Positions 1 through 13,590 are shown, numbered from the stretch's first letter. The stretch: DNA of 63,086 nt from Carcharhinus longimanus (GCA_030264375.1 JASCQW010000072.1:47543394-47606479), one strand, 5' to 3'. The notes: generated from the sequence alone by a model not told the origin. Program-made: numbers and translations.

Positions 1-1573
1 AATTTTACTTCCATGCTAGGCTCTGCTCCATCAGTTTTCCTGCCAACCACAGCTGAGTATGGGAGGGAGGAAGTGGAAGTACCATCGTGTTTCTTGGTGT
101 GCTTTGTTTCATCTCTCTTGGGGCCTTTCCTCGGCACTCTGTTCAGGACAAATTCAATTGGTTTCTTCACTGCCCGGCTCTCTAGATTGGCGGCGATTTT
201 GCCAAGGTAACGGGTTGACTTCTTGTGCACCACAGTTATATGTCGGACCACGTCCCTCTTGCGACGTGTCTCGTAGGTGCAAAGGGGGCACTTGTAGAAC
301 TTGACATAAATATTGTTGCCATCTGTGTGCAGCTCGATGTGCTTTGTCAGGTTCTGCTTGGAGGTAAACTGTCTCTTGCACAGCTTACAGTAAAGCTGCT
401 TGAAGTCAAATCCCATTGAGAGCTTGGGCTTTCTGGGCTTGGAGTGGCCAGCTGCTGCAGTCAGACTTGAAGTCTTTGGGCTGTCATTCTCTTGCTTCAC
501 TTTGTTTTTCGGTATTGGAGTGACTTTGGTCTCACTCATTTGGTTTGAGGCTTTGGACTCGCTCTGAGGAGAGGGCTTGTTGGTAGGCAGCGAGGCCTCC
601 GCATTGCCTGTGCAGTAGGCACTAGCTTCAGTCACTTCCAAGCAACGTGCCACAGCTGTGCCCTGCTCCGGAGATTTGGACAGACTCTCTCCCAGATTTA
701 TTTTGTGCACAATCAACATGTGGCGTTTCAGCATGACCTGTGAGCTGTACTTTCTTTTGCACAAAAGACACTTGCATGCTGTCAGGTTGTACTCAGCCTT
801 TGAGGAAGACTTGCGCCTGCGGGGTGCAGAAGCTACCAAATGCTCAGGGAATGACTCTTCCAAGCTGAGTGGCTGTCCAGGTTTGGTGGCAATGTCAGGA
901 GTGATGCAGTCCCTCCTCAGACCTCTGTGCACCTCATCAAAATGCCTACGCACATTTGCTTTTGTGGCAAAGAACTTGTGGCAGACAGGGCAGTTCCTGC
1001 CTACGGTGACCACGCCAATGCCCTTGGACCGCCTTCTAGTGTTAGAGAGGGGGGACTGGTGCCCCACACGGTTCTTGGTTTCAATATACTTCTTCAGCTC
1101 TTCCATCCTCTTCTTATGCACTTTTCTAATGTGCCGCCGCACACTACGCCGGGAATTGAACGTTTTTGCACAAAGGCAGCAGACCAAGTGGGGAGCAAGA
1201 CTGGAACCATTGGAGATCTCCATCTCTGGAAGGAGGGGTTCTGGGCTATGTTCTAATTTTTGTGCTTCTACTTCTTTCTTTATAAACTCTGAAGGGGCTG
1301 ATCCTGCATGATCCAACTCTTCCGCTGGTACAATCTCAGGAATCTTTTCAATGTCTGCCTCTTGTATTGGCAATGGGCTGGAGGTTTGTGGACTGTATGT
1401 CTCTACATTGATGACTGTTTCATCGATTCTAGTTACATGTTGATACACTGCATTCTGGTTTGTTTCAATTGGTTCTAGTTTGATTATGTAGTCTTGCTTA
1501 TCAACCCGAGGGTAAATTGCTTCCAGAAGTTCCCGTATAGTGCGGCTCTGTTTATCATTTGCATCTGGGAAAT
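1..1573 (-). CDS. ZNF800: ZNF800 large C2H2 zinc-finger exon (3' end outside window)
   Basis: Acceptor ctcttctcaccactttag|ATTTCC at 1574-1575, phase 1. Frame is consistent from 1571 to base 3: (H)FPDANDKQSRTIRELLEAIYPRVDKQDYIIKLEPIETNQNAV...CCLCAKTFNSRRSVRRHIRKVHKKRMEELKKYIE...CPVCHKFFATKANVRRHFDEVHRGLRRDCITPDIATKPGQPL...CKCLLCKRKYSSQVMLKRHMLIVH...GFDFKQLYCKLCKRQFTSKQNLTKHIELHTDGNNIYVKFYKCPLCTYETRRKRDVVRHITVVH...PSMEVK. Near-identical to recalled vertebrate ZNF800. Confidence 0.97.
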
Positions 1574-1834
1574 CTAAAGTGGTGAGAAGAGTTTACTTGT
1601 ATGGACTGCATAGAACAACAATCTAAAACATCTTAAAAGAAATTCAAAAATTGAATTTACAAAATCAAATTAGAATCATTTTAGTGGAATGATGCAGATT
1701 ATTCAAAGAATTGAGTTGTAGCTTTAACTTATCAATCAACAAAGGTACTGAGTTTCTGTGGATTATGAACATCTGTACATATACTAGCCAATCTATCTCC
1801 ATTTAAACTGAATACACTGATGCACAGTAACGGC

Positions 1835-2035
1835 AGTGTGTACTATCTACAAGATACACTGCACAAGCTCACCAAGGCTCCTTAGACACCATCTTCTAAA
1901 CCCACAAACATTACCATCTAGAAGGAGAAGGCAGCAGACACATGGGAACATCACCACCTGCAAATTCCCCTCCAAGTCATTACGTCACTGTTTCTGCATT
2001 GTTGCCAGGTCAAAAGCCCGGAACTCCCTCTTTCC
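1835..2035 (+). mobile_element. Non-LTR retrotransposon 3' ORF fragment (shark CR1-group LINE, same family as 27460-28400 and 59540-60290)
   Basis: VCTIYKIHC...PRLLRHHL...GNITTCKFPSK segment, shared with other copies in the window. Confidence 0.7.
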
Positions 2036-2077
2036 GTGATGGAGGTACACTTGAGTTTCCTGTGGCAACTTATTAAA

Positions 2078-2990
2078 TGCTTTTTGGAAATTCAAATATG
2101 CTAAATCTACTGGTTCTCCTTTATCCACCAGACTTATTATATCCACAAAGAACTCTAATAAAATTGTGAAACAGGATTTTGTTTCACAGAACCATGCTGA
2201 CTTTGTCTAATTGTATTATAATTGTGATATAATGATATATTATAAGTGTTTAGTTACTAGACATGGTTTCTCAGCAGTTAGCACTGCTGCTTCATAGCAC
2301 GAGGGACCCAGGTTCAATTCAGAACTCAGGTGACTGTATGGATTTTGCACATTCTCCCCGAGTCTGCGTGGGTTTCCTCCAGGTGCTCTGGTTTCCCCCC
2401 TCAGTCCGAAGATACGCCAGTTAGGTTGACTGGCCATACAAAATTGACCCATTGTACAGGATTTTAGGATCTCACTCGGGCAAAGCTCGTAAAATCCCAC
2501 TTGAGGCCGACAGAGAATTCCGTTCTGCAAGCCTCATCCGCCCCGATTCCAGGGTGGATGAGGCAGCAAAATTCTGGCCTTAGTATTACGGGATTAGCAG
2601 AGTAATTACATGGGATTGTGGAGATCCTGGGTGGGATTATTATCTGTGCAGGTTCAATGGCTGAATGGCCTAATTCTGCACTGTAGGGATTCTATGATTC
2701 TACTGTCCCCTGAATAGCGATTCCAGTAATTTCCCCAATATTGTTAGGTTAACTGACCCATAGTCTCTCCTACTGTTTGTCTTTCTCCATTATTAAAATT
2801 GAGCTGTTCCACTGACTTTTTCCAATCCAGAAACCTTTCCAGATTCCTATGGACTTTCAAAAGATTGAAACCAATGCTTCCACCATCCCTACAGCCACTT
2901 ATTTTAAAACCGTAACAGGGCAAAAAGCCCAGGAGACTTGTCAACCTTTAATTCCATGAGCTTTCTTGGTGCTTCTTCTCCATTGATGTA
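2078..2990 (-). mobile_element. Decayed CR1/HER1-type LINE RT fragment, interrupted by an HE1 SINE
   Basis: Reverse-complement CR1 RT motifs (YLNFQKAF-like at 2080-2100; NLERFLDWKK around 2820-2850). Confidence 0.7.
2261..2702 (+). mobile_element. HE1-type V-SINE with nested MITE (2454-2579)
   Basis: tRNA-like head gttagcactgctgc...ggttcaatt, V-domain tctgcgtgggtttcctcc, tail ctgtagggattctatgattcta. Confidence 0.85.
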
Positions 2991-3344
2991 TTTGCATTTA
3001 TTTGGCACCTGATCACAATCTCAGAAATGTGTCACAATCAGTGAATTATTTGTGAAGTAAACAGATAACTGTTGTCCTTTCTTGCCCTATTTTGGCAACA
3101 TGCGAACCAAATTGCACAAAGCAACGTCTACAACATAAACACAATGAAGGATCTGTTAATCTTTTCTCTGGTGTTGTTGACTCAAGAAAAGATGTTTGGA
3201 TACAATATAATCCCTTGCACTTCTCTGAATAATGCATGGAATCTATAGCCTCAAACTGAACTGGCTACTAAAGCCTCAAGTAAATGTGTCATCTAAAAGA
3301 GAATACCCACTTGAAATGCAGCAGTCACTGCAGGATGAGAATCA

Positions 3345-3470
3345 TGATGTGGAGTTGCCAGTGTTGGACTGGGGTAGGCACAGTAAGTAATCTCATGACA
3401 CCAGGTTAAAGTCCAACAGATTTATTTAGTAGCACAAGCTTTCGGAGTATTGCACCTTCATCCAGTGAGA
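3345..3470 (-). mobile_element. Penelope-like element terminal repeat with degenerate minimal hammerhead motif
   Basis: Plus-strand gatgtggag...gttggactgggg...accaggttaaagtccaac...gctttcggag. Minus strand reads cac-tggatga-aggtgcaatactcc-gaaa-gc-tt-gtg. Confidence 0.6.
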
Positions 3471-3489
3471 GTAGTACAGAAGTGAGAGA

Positions 3490-5462
3490 TTACCTTAGTT
3501 CATCAAGATGTAGAATCGGTTTCAGTGGGAACAGGAAATAGCAAAGGTAAGAAATCACTTGCGGATCTAGTTTACAGGTCCCCTTACAGTAGCTGCACTG
3601 TAGGATAGAGTATATAGGAAGAAATAATGGGGTGATGGGGCTTGCAAGAAAGTACTGCAAAAGCCATTCATGATTTTAATCTTGATGCAGATCAGGCAAA
3701 TCAGTTTGGCAAAGGTAATCTCGAAGATGAGTTCATAGAGTATATTTGGGATAATTTCTCGGAGCAGTACATTCTAGTGCCAACCAGGGAGCAGGCATTT
3801 TTAGACCTGGTAATATGCAAGTAAACCAGATGAATTAATAACTTCATAGTAAAAGAGTCTCCAGGAACAGAGATGATGGCATGATAGAATTTCATATTCA
3901 GCTTGAGGACGAGAAGTGGGTGCTTATGATTAACTTCTTAAACTTAATTACATAGGAATGAAGACAGAGTTGGCCAAAATGAACTGGGGAGCAAGTTAAA
4001 ATGTAGGACAGTAGAGGAGCAGTAGTAGACATTTAATGAGATACTTCATGACTCCCAGCAAATATATTTTTTTCCATTAAGAAAGAAAGTCTCTGTTAAG
4101 GATGTACCAACCATAGCTAACTAAGAAAGTTAAAGCAAATATACAATACTGCCAAGAATAGTGGTAGGTCAGAATATTAGCCAGATTTTTTAAAGGAATG
4201 ACTGAAAAAGAAGAAATTAGACTACTAGTTAGAAATATAAAACAGATAGCAAATGTTTCTACAGCTATCTTAAAAGAAAAAGAGTAAAGTGAGTGTTAGC
4301 CCTTCAGAGAGTGAAGCTGGAGAATTAATAATGGAAAGCAAGGAAATGACAAAAGCATCGTACAGCTGTTTTCTGTCTGGTTTTCACTGTGGGAGACAAG
4401 AAATTTCAAGAGTATATGAAAATCAAGAGGTAAAGGGAGGGAGGAACTTCAAACAACATATATTCAAAGGAAAAGTCCTGGGTAAACTATTAGAATTAAA
4501 GGCTGACAAATCCCCAGGACCGGAATGCCTACATTCTACAGGGATCTGGAACGTTGACTATTTGTGACAGATATTAATGACCTGGATGAAGGGACCAAAT
4601 ATTTGGTTGCTAAATTTGGTGATGCTACAAAGATAGCTAAGAATAGAACAAAATCTTTTTAGGCTCTTTATGTGGATAGGCAAAAAACTGGCAGATGGAG
4701 AATGTGGAAAAATGTGAAGTTTTCCATTTTGGCAGAAAGAATAGAAAGGTGCCCTATTTAAAAGTGGAGATTTCAGAAATTGGTGGTAGAGTGGGATCTG
4801 GGTGTCACATCAATCACAAAATGTTAATATGTAGTTAGGCACATAGAATGCTGGCATTTACTGCAAGGAAAAATTAATTATAAAAGTCGGATGGTGTTAT
4901 TACACCTGTACAGGGCCTTGGTGTGACCGCATCTGGAGTGCTATGTATAGTTTTGGTCTCCTTAGAATGGATCTAATTGAATTAGAAGCTGTTTGGATAA
5001 AGTTGACTCAAATGATGCCTTGGATAGGGAGATCATCTTATGACAAAGATCAAGTAGGTTGGGCCTATATTCATTGGACATTAAAAGAATGAGATGTGAT
5101 CTTATTAAAACATATAAGATCCTGAGAGGACTTGATAGGGTGGCTGCTGAGTGGATATTTCCCCTTGTGGGGGTGTCTAGAGCCAAGGGACACCATTTAA
5201 AAATTAGGCGTCTCCCATTTAAGACCGAGATGAAGAGAATTTTCAACTTTCAAAGGGTTGTCAGTCTATGGAATTCTCTTCTGTAGATAGCAGTGCAGGC
5301 TGGCTCACTAAATATATTCAAAGCTAAGTTAGGTAATTTTTGATATACTTGGGTGTCAAGGATAATGAGAAACTGACCCGTAAAATGGAGTTGAGGCCAC
5401 AATCAAATCTACCATGATCTTATCTTGTGGGCAGAATGGTCTACTCCTACTTCTTGTGTTCT
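3490..5462 (+). mobile_element. Decayed CR1/HER1-type LINE ORF2 (endonuclease to RT to 3' UTR, with internal deletion)
   Basis: Fragments PTREQAFLDLV, LKADKSPGP, GLYSLDIKRMRCDLIKTYKILRGLDRV, RGHHLKI-like, FQRVVSLWNSL. Many stops and frameshifts. Confidence 0.9.
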
Positions 5463-5879
5463 AGTCACTTAATATTGCTAGATTTTCTACTCCGGTGCAT
5501 GTGTTCTGACTCAGGGTGAGGTGCTACTACATAAGCCAAACAATGCATCTCACTACACAAAAATATTCTGGAGCTGTAAAAAACAAATTGTGAATATTAG
5601 ACTAATAGAACTTTGCACTCACTCGCATTCAAAATAAGGGGTTAAAGATTCCCATTGGCATTCACAGTTTGAATCTACTGTGAATTTTAAACTACTTTCA
5701 GGTAATAATTTGCATCACCTGCAAGTAATTATATGACTAGCCTTTAAGAAGGCAGGTGCAACTTTGGACAATAATCCTGAAGCTACACCAAGCAGTAAAT
5801 ATTTCTAACATGTTATCCCAACCAATCAAGAACAGCTTTCTTTTGCTGGTAAGCTTATTAAATTGCAGCTGATCTGGAA

Positions 5880-6075
5880 CGTATAACTTTGCTCATCATC
5901 ATCTTCAAGTTCTCAGCCCAAAAGGCAAGTCCAATGCGCACCACCAGATCTCCCCCAGACGTGGAGCAAGGGTGCAGGTCCCAAATCCACCCAGCCAGAA
6001 TGCAAATCAAATCCCACACAGCTGGCATCAATCTGATCCACATCGGCCATCCAGCCAACTGGCTCCCCCAGGAAG
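5880..6075 (-). mobile_element. tRNA-derived SINE remnant (related to 42153-42340)
   Basis: Minus-strand cagttggctggatggccg...tgatgccagctgtgtggg...ctggctg resembles the 42153 copy; (gat)n tail. Confidence 0.45.
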
Positions 6076-7269
6076 TCCAAACGGCGGTGGCAACATACAA
6101 CTTTCACATCTAGATTATATTCTAGAACTGTGAATAGCAATGGCAGAGACTCTAATTTCTTTCCATCACACGGCTGACCAGGAATCTCTCCCGCCTTACC
6201 ACATGTCACTGGTATATGTTGAAAGGATTTACAAGTTAATATTCAATCTGTTTGACTGTGTTATGAAAGAACTTTCCGTGGCCATCAAGTCCTGGAGTGG
6301 GACTTGAACCGGAGCTCCTGGCTGAGATAGGAATAGTATTCAGTGTGCCACAAGACCTCCTGCTTTATTCATACAAGCGTATAAAATTGATCAGGAGAAA
6401 GAGAACAATTGGTCCATCAGTTTGCCTCAGACCAAGGAGAGCTGTGGCATTCTGACTAAATATCTCCTTGTTCTCCACAGTCATGTAATCACCAGAGAGG
6501 TTTTTAAATAAAAAGTGAAAAGCCTAGGACCAGGATGGAAACATTCTCAATTTTTCCCCACTTCCCTCAGGCATCGAATCGGGTAGCTGAAACCATGGGG
6601 CAGTCAGGGAAAGACTAACCCCAAAAGGACCCCAACTCACCTTCTTATTATTTTAAAGGAGGCAGGTCAAGAGTAGGCAAACAATTTGTTCTTAGTGGGT
6701 GGATCAGACATTAAATTATTTTAACGGGATTGCAACTTGCAGTTCAACAGAATTATTTTTTTAAATACAGAGTTCAGGATTTTCAGGTCTTGGGAATTCT
6801 CACAGGTAAACGGAGATGGGAAAACACAAGATGAATGAGATAAAGGTCTTCATTGCAGTGTTAATGGACCAAAAGCAATCATTTTTCCCAGCCCAACAAG
6901 CTTACTTCCATGTAAATGAACCCCCGCGTGAAACACTGGGAAATCTTCATTTCAACATTTCCTATCCTCAAACCCACACTCTACCCAGACCCAAAGAAAC
7001 ATCAGAGACGATGATTCAGATCATTCTTATATTGTTCACATTTTTTTAAGATTGAGGTTAAAAGTAGTGGAGGATCTGGCAGAGTAACAATGGTTCCAGT
7101 GTAGAACTGGCATATGGCTTAAAGTAACAGTATTCCAGTAGATTCTGCCGTAAGAGGGTTAAATAGAAAATACGGCACAAAAACAGGCGTTAAGGCTTTA
7201 TTTCTGTCTTCTCTTATGTTTTCTCATTTAAATTTACCATTGTAACTATCTATTCTCTTCTCCCTCAAA

Positions 7270-8010
7270 TGGTTTCTCCTTAAGCGCATCTAGACTATTT
7301 ATTTCAATAAACCCAGGAGTGAGTCCCACACTCTTACCACTCTTTGGATAAGTAAGCTTCTCCATTGGCGTTCTTGCTATTTTATATTGATGACCTCTAA
7401 TTATATTCTCCTCAACAAAGGGGGAATAGTCTCTCTATCCACTCTTAAAAAACACCTTTCACAGTTTTGAAGACCTATATTCAGTCATCCCTCAGGCTTC
7501 TTTTTCCATGAAAAAAAGTCTCAGCCTGTCAATCCCTTCCTGACATGTACACCCATGCACACGGTATCATCCTTGTATATCTTCTAGGCACCCTCTGTGG
7601 TGCCTCTATATTCAATAGTGACCAGAACTCGAAGTGTGGTCTAAGGTTCAGTACAGGTTTAGCAAAACTGCACTACTTTCTAATGCTATCTCTCTAGAAA
7701 TTAAACCTAGTCTTGGTCTATTTTTAATCGTGTTGCCAACTCTTTTGAGATACTTTTGTGTATTTGCATTCAGAGATACCTTCGTTCACTACCCCACATC
7801 GACTTGCACCTTGCAGATTAAGTGTCCTCACTATTCTTCCGATAAAAATTATTTGTGCTGAACTTGACCTTCCAATTATTTGCCCATTCTGCGAGCATAC
7901 TAAATTTGTTGCAGTGCTCATCACCCAATGTGGCATCATCCGCAAAATTAGAAATTGTGCTTGTGATTCGAAAGTCCAAATTGGCATTGTGAATTGTGAA
8001 TAGCAGGTCA
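7270..8010 (-). mobile_element. CR1-type LINE RT/3' fragment
   Basis: Reverse-complement CR1 signatures gaccagaact...gtgtggtcta and ttgaagacctatattcagtcatccctcag. Confidence 0.75.
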
Positions 8011-8329
8011 CATTTAGATTAATGTTAGACACTTTGGAAGAGGTAATGAAGCTGCTGAAGACAATAGCATAGAAACTTGAGGCTGTAAAAATGGACTAAA
8101 TTGCTTTAACACATGTAATACCAGAACTGCTTACAACTCAGCAAGTAACAGTTTTGTGAGGAAATTACCTTGACTAGGAACACAGTAGCTGGAATCAGGC
8201 TTGCTAGCATAAATAATGAAAGAAAGTTCCCACTACACTGTACTTCCATATCATTGGCTACTTTCAGGTATCTGCAGAAGGCATCACTTGGATCAGTCAG
8301 CAACATTTACCACTGCATCACTGAATTAA

Positions 8330-8650
8330 GTGCTACTCATGGCCCAATTGGTAGCACACTTATCACGGGTCAGAATATTGTATGCTTCAGCTCCAAAGAA
8401 TTCAGCACATGATCTAGGCTGACATCCCGGTACAGTCCTGAGGCAGTGCTGCACTGTTCGGGGTACTGCCTTTCAATGAGGCATTAGCCTGAGGTGCCCG
8501 ATCTAGGTTTAAGTGAAAGACCCTTAGGCACTATTTCAAAGAGTTAATCCCTTAAACAAAATTCCTCAAATTGATTATCTGATTCTCATTGTTGTTTATG
8601 AGGCTTTGCAGTGTCCAAACTGGCTGTATTTCAAAAGGTACTTAGCCACT
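8330..8650 (+). mobile_element. Deu-domain SINE (SacSINE1/AmnSINE-like)
   Basis: ggctgacatccc...gtgctgcactgttcggggtactgcctttc...ggcactatttcaaag core shared with the 34160, 42432 and 44600 copies. Confidence 0.6.
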
Positions 8651-10324
8651 GCAGTGTTGTCAGGCCATACGGATGACAGCAACCCAAGTCCATGAACAGG
8701 TTATTGCAGCAGAGACAAACCAAGTGTTCTCACTCAGATGGCAATATCAAAGATTAAGACACCATTGATTACACTGTGTGACCATTCATATACCTACAGG
8801 TTAAGAGTAACCAAAAAGGGTTACTCTAGCCCTCAGGTGGAAAATGACCAGCAGCCACAATTATGCGAATGAATGCTCATTTTTCAGAAAATCCTTGTGA
8901 CACTCAAAAAAATTCAAGAATTTTGTAATTGTTCCAGTTGGAGGCTGTGCTGTCTGAAAGGCACTCCTACACAAACATTTATCATTTTTGTCATTTTGCA
9001 ATGCTGCAATTTTACACCTTACTTTGTGTTTTAACAAAACATTTGTTTTCTGGTCAGCCTGCAGTTATGTTCCTGCCATAATTCCGTTTTTCTCACAACA
9101 TGCGCAATTGCTTAATCTGCCCGTGAACCTATGTACTTACAGTCAGTTTTGTAAATTAAAAATGTCACTAAGCCATTAACTGTAAGTGAAAGTGACAGGC
9201 TTTTTTGAAAAAAACATTTTTTTTGATGACAATCCCACTGACCATAAATAGCACTTTTCATATTTACGCACTGCTGAAAGCTTTGATATAAAACATTATT
9301 TCAGCATTTTGTTTATTTTGGAGTGCACTGAAGAGATCCAGTAATTCCACAGGCATAGTCAATGTAAAATAGCATTCTATATTAAAGGCACCAAAATCTG
9401 ATGGATCAGACTATCCAGGGGATTCTTAACTGTAAAGATAGTGTAAATACAGGTTGATACACATTAACATTTCTTAATCATTCACCATTTAAGTTCAAGT
9501 GCTGCATGAATTGGTTGCAAGTGCAGTGATCCTGTGTGCCAATGCCTCACACTATTTCCATTGATCTAATTTACCAAATGCCTTGAAGGGGCAGGATTAC
9601 GTTTTAGGCCTGTGTTAGCCACCACACTCACTGGAACCTATATTGGAGGACTCCACATAGCAAGTGGCACAACTCTGCATCTTCTGCTCTTCTGTCCCAG
9701 ACCTGAAGAAAACACTCTCCAGACAGCTGCATTCAAATTGTGATGACATTTGGCCAACCAGGATACAACTGCTACTGATCACTCTGGCAAGTCCAATGGC
9801 GCCTTTGGTTGATTAGGATGTCCTCCTGGTACTATCCAATATTGATTATTAGTCCAACATGCATACATTTTATCTGTTGTCTGGTTTGCTTTGGGAAAGA
9901 GAGGCTCACCTGCATTAACTAACTGCCAAAGTCAGTGGCATTCGACTGTCGGGTTAACTGGGTGTGCAGGTACCAGAAGGTGGGCACAGAATACAATTAG
10001 AAAATTGTCTTTGTTCAGAGCAAGGTAAACACAACAAATGCAATGGATTGAAAGGAGCAGAGAATGGATTACATTACAGCAAACTGAGGACGTAAAAATT
10101 CCACACTGAATATTGCTCAATTGGAACTATCTTATCCGCACACAGGAACAAAAAGTTTACCAGTTACGTACAAAAACTATGAAGTCATGAGAAGTTCGAG
10201 GAGTTCCTCAATTAAACAATTTTTTTAAAATTGCAAATTCCCCTCCATTCTTCCTCTTTCACAAATCATTCACAAGAATGCACTTAATTTCAAAATCATG
10301 AAATGGACTGGGCCTTATTATTAG

Positions 10325-10670
10325 AATTATAGAATCATACAGTGCTGAAGAGGCCCTTTGACCCATTGAGTCTGCACCAACACATGAGAAACACCTGAAC
10401 TCCCATCCACCAGCATTTGGCCCATAGTCTTGAATGTTATGACATGCCAAGTGCTCTTGCAGGTACTTTTTAAAGGATGTGAGGCTACATGCCTCTACCA
10501 TCCTGCCAGGCAGCACATTCCAGTCTGTCACTACCCTCTGGGTAAGGAAGTTCTTCCTCTCATCTCCCCTAAATTTTCTGCTCATCACCTTGAATCCTTG
10601 TCCCCTTGCAACTGACCCTTCAACTAAAGAGAACAGCTGCTCCTTATCCACTCTGTCCATGTCCCTCATT
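10325..10670 (-). mobile_element. CR1/HER1 LINE 3' end
   Basis: ORF 10259-10669: MDRVDKEQLFSLVEGSVARG...FLTQRVVTDWNVLP. Tail ctgtatgattcta. Confidence 0.9.
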
Positions 10671-11944
10671 TAGACTGTGATCTGGCAATGTAAGCTACAA
10701 TTCAAGTGGGAAAATTCCTGTATCTTCCTGATTTAGTTACAAAGCTAAATTTAAACAAGAAAGAAAACAAACCAAAATGACAAATGGTTCAGAGTATAGT
10801 CACCCAAGCCTCTATTTGGGAATCCAATGTTCAAACCAGTTTGAATGTTTTACCTACACTCAACTAAACCATTTGTCTCCATTGTTTACTAAACAAGTTT
10901 GGTCTACAAGTTGGACCAGCATACGCGCAGCATATTTTACAATACTGTTGCAACTCTGAGGTTTGAGTTTGCAATAGTTATCATTAACAATCTTCTTGAC
11001 AGATAAAATGGGTTACAAGGGAAGAGAGTTCGGATTGTTTCAATCAGTTTCTTGTTTGGAATTGGATCTGAATAAAGTAAATTCTACATTTTTATTATTG
11101 CCAACAAAGGAGGCCAAACAGTAAGTTTCTATAATTTGATTTTTGCAAGATATGTGAAAATAAGTTCTTGCAAAAATAACTTCCAGGAAATGACTGCATA
11201 TGACAATAAAAATGTCAGGGAAAAAGATGAATCTTACAGCAGGTTGATAGAACCTTTGTTTGAAAAATACAATAAACATGGGTGATACCAAGTAGCGAAA
11301 ACATTGTGACAGACAACACTCATTAGCAGCATTTGATTGCCGCACAGCAGAGCGCAAGAAAAATTCCCAATTGAGTCCCGTCACTTTTCGAACCACAAAA
11401 CATATGCACAGAATTTGGCAGGAATGGAATATAGATGTTATAGTAACAACTACAATATAGCCCCACAAACAACAGAAATATAATTTAACTCCAACTGCAT
11501 ATATGTTAGCACAAATTTCAGTTCTGGGATAGCTTCTACGCATAAGTTCCAGAGCTGTTAAAGTTTACAGTGCATGTAACAATTCACGATAAACCATGAC
11601 GTATACCAGATCAAAAACAGTACTGTGCTCTTAATTACCATTCTGCATCAAAGGGATCACATGCAGCTTTCCAGAGTAACTGAAAAATCACAGATTTTGA
11701 GTAATCCAAGCAGAGTTAGAGAAATATATAAATGCTGCTTACTTTATAAGAGGGCCACCAATCCCGAAATACTTCATACACATAGAACCAATCCCTATGA
11801 AATGAACTCACATAATATGGTCACCAGTAAAGTATAATGATGGATTTGATATTGAATAAGATTTTCATAGATTTGTTCAAATATTCAAGCTCTACTGTTT
11901 TAAAACAGAAGTAGCAACACAATGTATGACTGTATTAAGGGGAC

Positions 11945-13590
11945 ATATGAACATAGGAATTACGAGTAGGCCACCTGGCCCCTATTCCGCCGTTCAATAA
12001 GATCACGGCTGATCTGATGATAGTCTCAATCCCTAATTCTGTCTACATCCCATATCCTTTTATCCCCTTTTTAATCAAGAATCTAAGTAGCTCTGCCTTA
12101 AATATATTCAAAGATTATGCTTCCGCTGTCTTGTGAGGAACAGGAGTGTCGGAGATTCTCAACCTCATGAGAAAAAGATTCCCTTATCACCATCTTAAAT
12201 GAATGATCCCTTATTTTTAAGCAGTGACCCTTAGTTCTAAATTCTCCAAGATGAAACTTCCACCCAGTCATTAACGCTCAGGATCTTAGCTGGAGAGACT
12301 GCATCAATATGTCACAATCTTAACAACAAAAGATAGACAATTTGATGCGAGGAGGGGGGGGAAGTGGATCATCCTTCCACCAACTCCAGCATGATGCCAC
12401 CATGAAACATCCTCCTCTGTCAACATTTCGCAGGGATCCCTCCATCTGTGACACGCTAGTCTACTCTTCCATTGTATGCAATTTCTTATCCACTTCCCAC
12501 AACCTTCCCTTGTAATCGCAGAAGGTAGGATATGTACCCTTTTACCGCCTCACTATTCAAAGCCCCAAACACTTTTTTCCGGTTAAGCATTTCATTTGCA
12601 CTTCCTTCAAGGTCTACTTCGACACTCCTAATGAGGTCTCTTCCATATCAGGGAGAACAAACCCAGACTGGATGACTGCTTTGCAGAACACTTCCATTCG
12701 GTGTGCAAGCCTGACCAAACCTTCTTGTTGCTTACCATTTTAACTCAGCACCTTGCTCTCATGCCCACGTGTCCGTCCTTGGCCTGCAATGCTCCAGTGA
12801 AGCCCAACACAAGCTGGAGGAGCAGCATCTTATCTTCCAATTAGGCAAGTTACAGCCCACAGGACTCAACATCAAGTTCAACAACTTTAGACAGAGCTTT
12901 CTCCTCCATCATAAACCCTTTGTTAAAAAAAATCCCATACGTTTATCGCCTCAATGCAAAATCACCCCCAACGCAGGCAACCAGACTACCTCTCTCTTAC
13001 TCTTAAAGTTGTCTCATCTTGTTGTAATCTTTCTCAACTACAATTTAACATCCAACACATTTTCCCTCTCTCCCTCCCCTTGGAATTTTTCTCTCATTGG
13101 AATATGTCTATTATGATGAATTATGATGATGAAATATCTCTTTAAATGTCTGCCACTGAACCTCTGTTGGTCTATCCCTGAAGCACGTTTGCCAGTTCAT
13201 TTTAGAAATCTCTGCTTTCATGCTCTTGTAATTGCCCTTATTTAAGTTTAAAATACTAATCTTGGAAATATTCTTCTCTCCCTTAAAATGATTGATTTTA
13301 CATTTTGTTTATGATAACAGGAGTACACCACTTAGCCCCCTGAGCTTGCTCCAGGATTCAGTAAGATACAGATCCACTCTGATCTTAACTTCATTTTCCA
13401 GTCTTTGTTCCCTATCCTCATACCCTCAGCTAACAAGAATATATCAATCACAACCTTATCAAATTCTTTAAACATTTTACACAGCTTGCTCAATTGTCTA
13501 TACACCAGGGAATTCAAGCCAAGTTTACACAACCCATCATCATAATTCAGGACTTTGACTCCCATCCCCCGGACATTCTGATGAATCTGC
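11945..13590 (-). mobile_element. Cluster of CR1-type fragments (11945-12290, 13140-13290, 13370-13590) around a Penelope insert
   Basis: Reverse-complement CR1 3' UTR (gaacataggaa...taggcc...gttcaataagatcacggctgatctg) and RT C-terminal pieces. Confidence 0.65.
12375..12892 (+). mobile_element. Penelope-like element, GIY-YIG endonuclease relic
   Basis: HIRENKPRLDDCFAEHFHSV (YIGETKRRL..RFAEH motif) and SEAQHKLEEQHLIFQLGKLQPTGLNIKFNNF. Confidence 0.85.

Noticed and set aside
658-1311. 217-aa plus-strand ORF and other short ORFs in 13-1311
   Set aside because: They are antisense or alternate-frame shadows of the ZNF800 zinc-finger exon.
9520-9880. Possible RTE-like LINE C-terminal relic
   Set aside because: Too degenerate to assign from sequence alone.
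11040-11543. 167-aa minus-strand ORF
   Set aside because: Hydrophobic, F/C/I-rich composition typical of AT-rich non-coding DNA; no motif.
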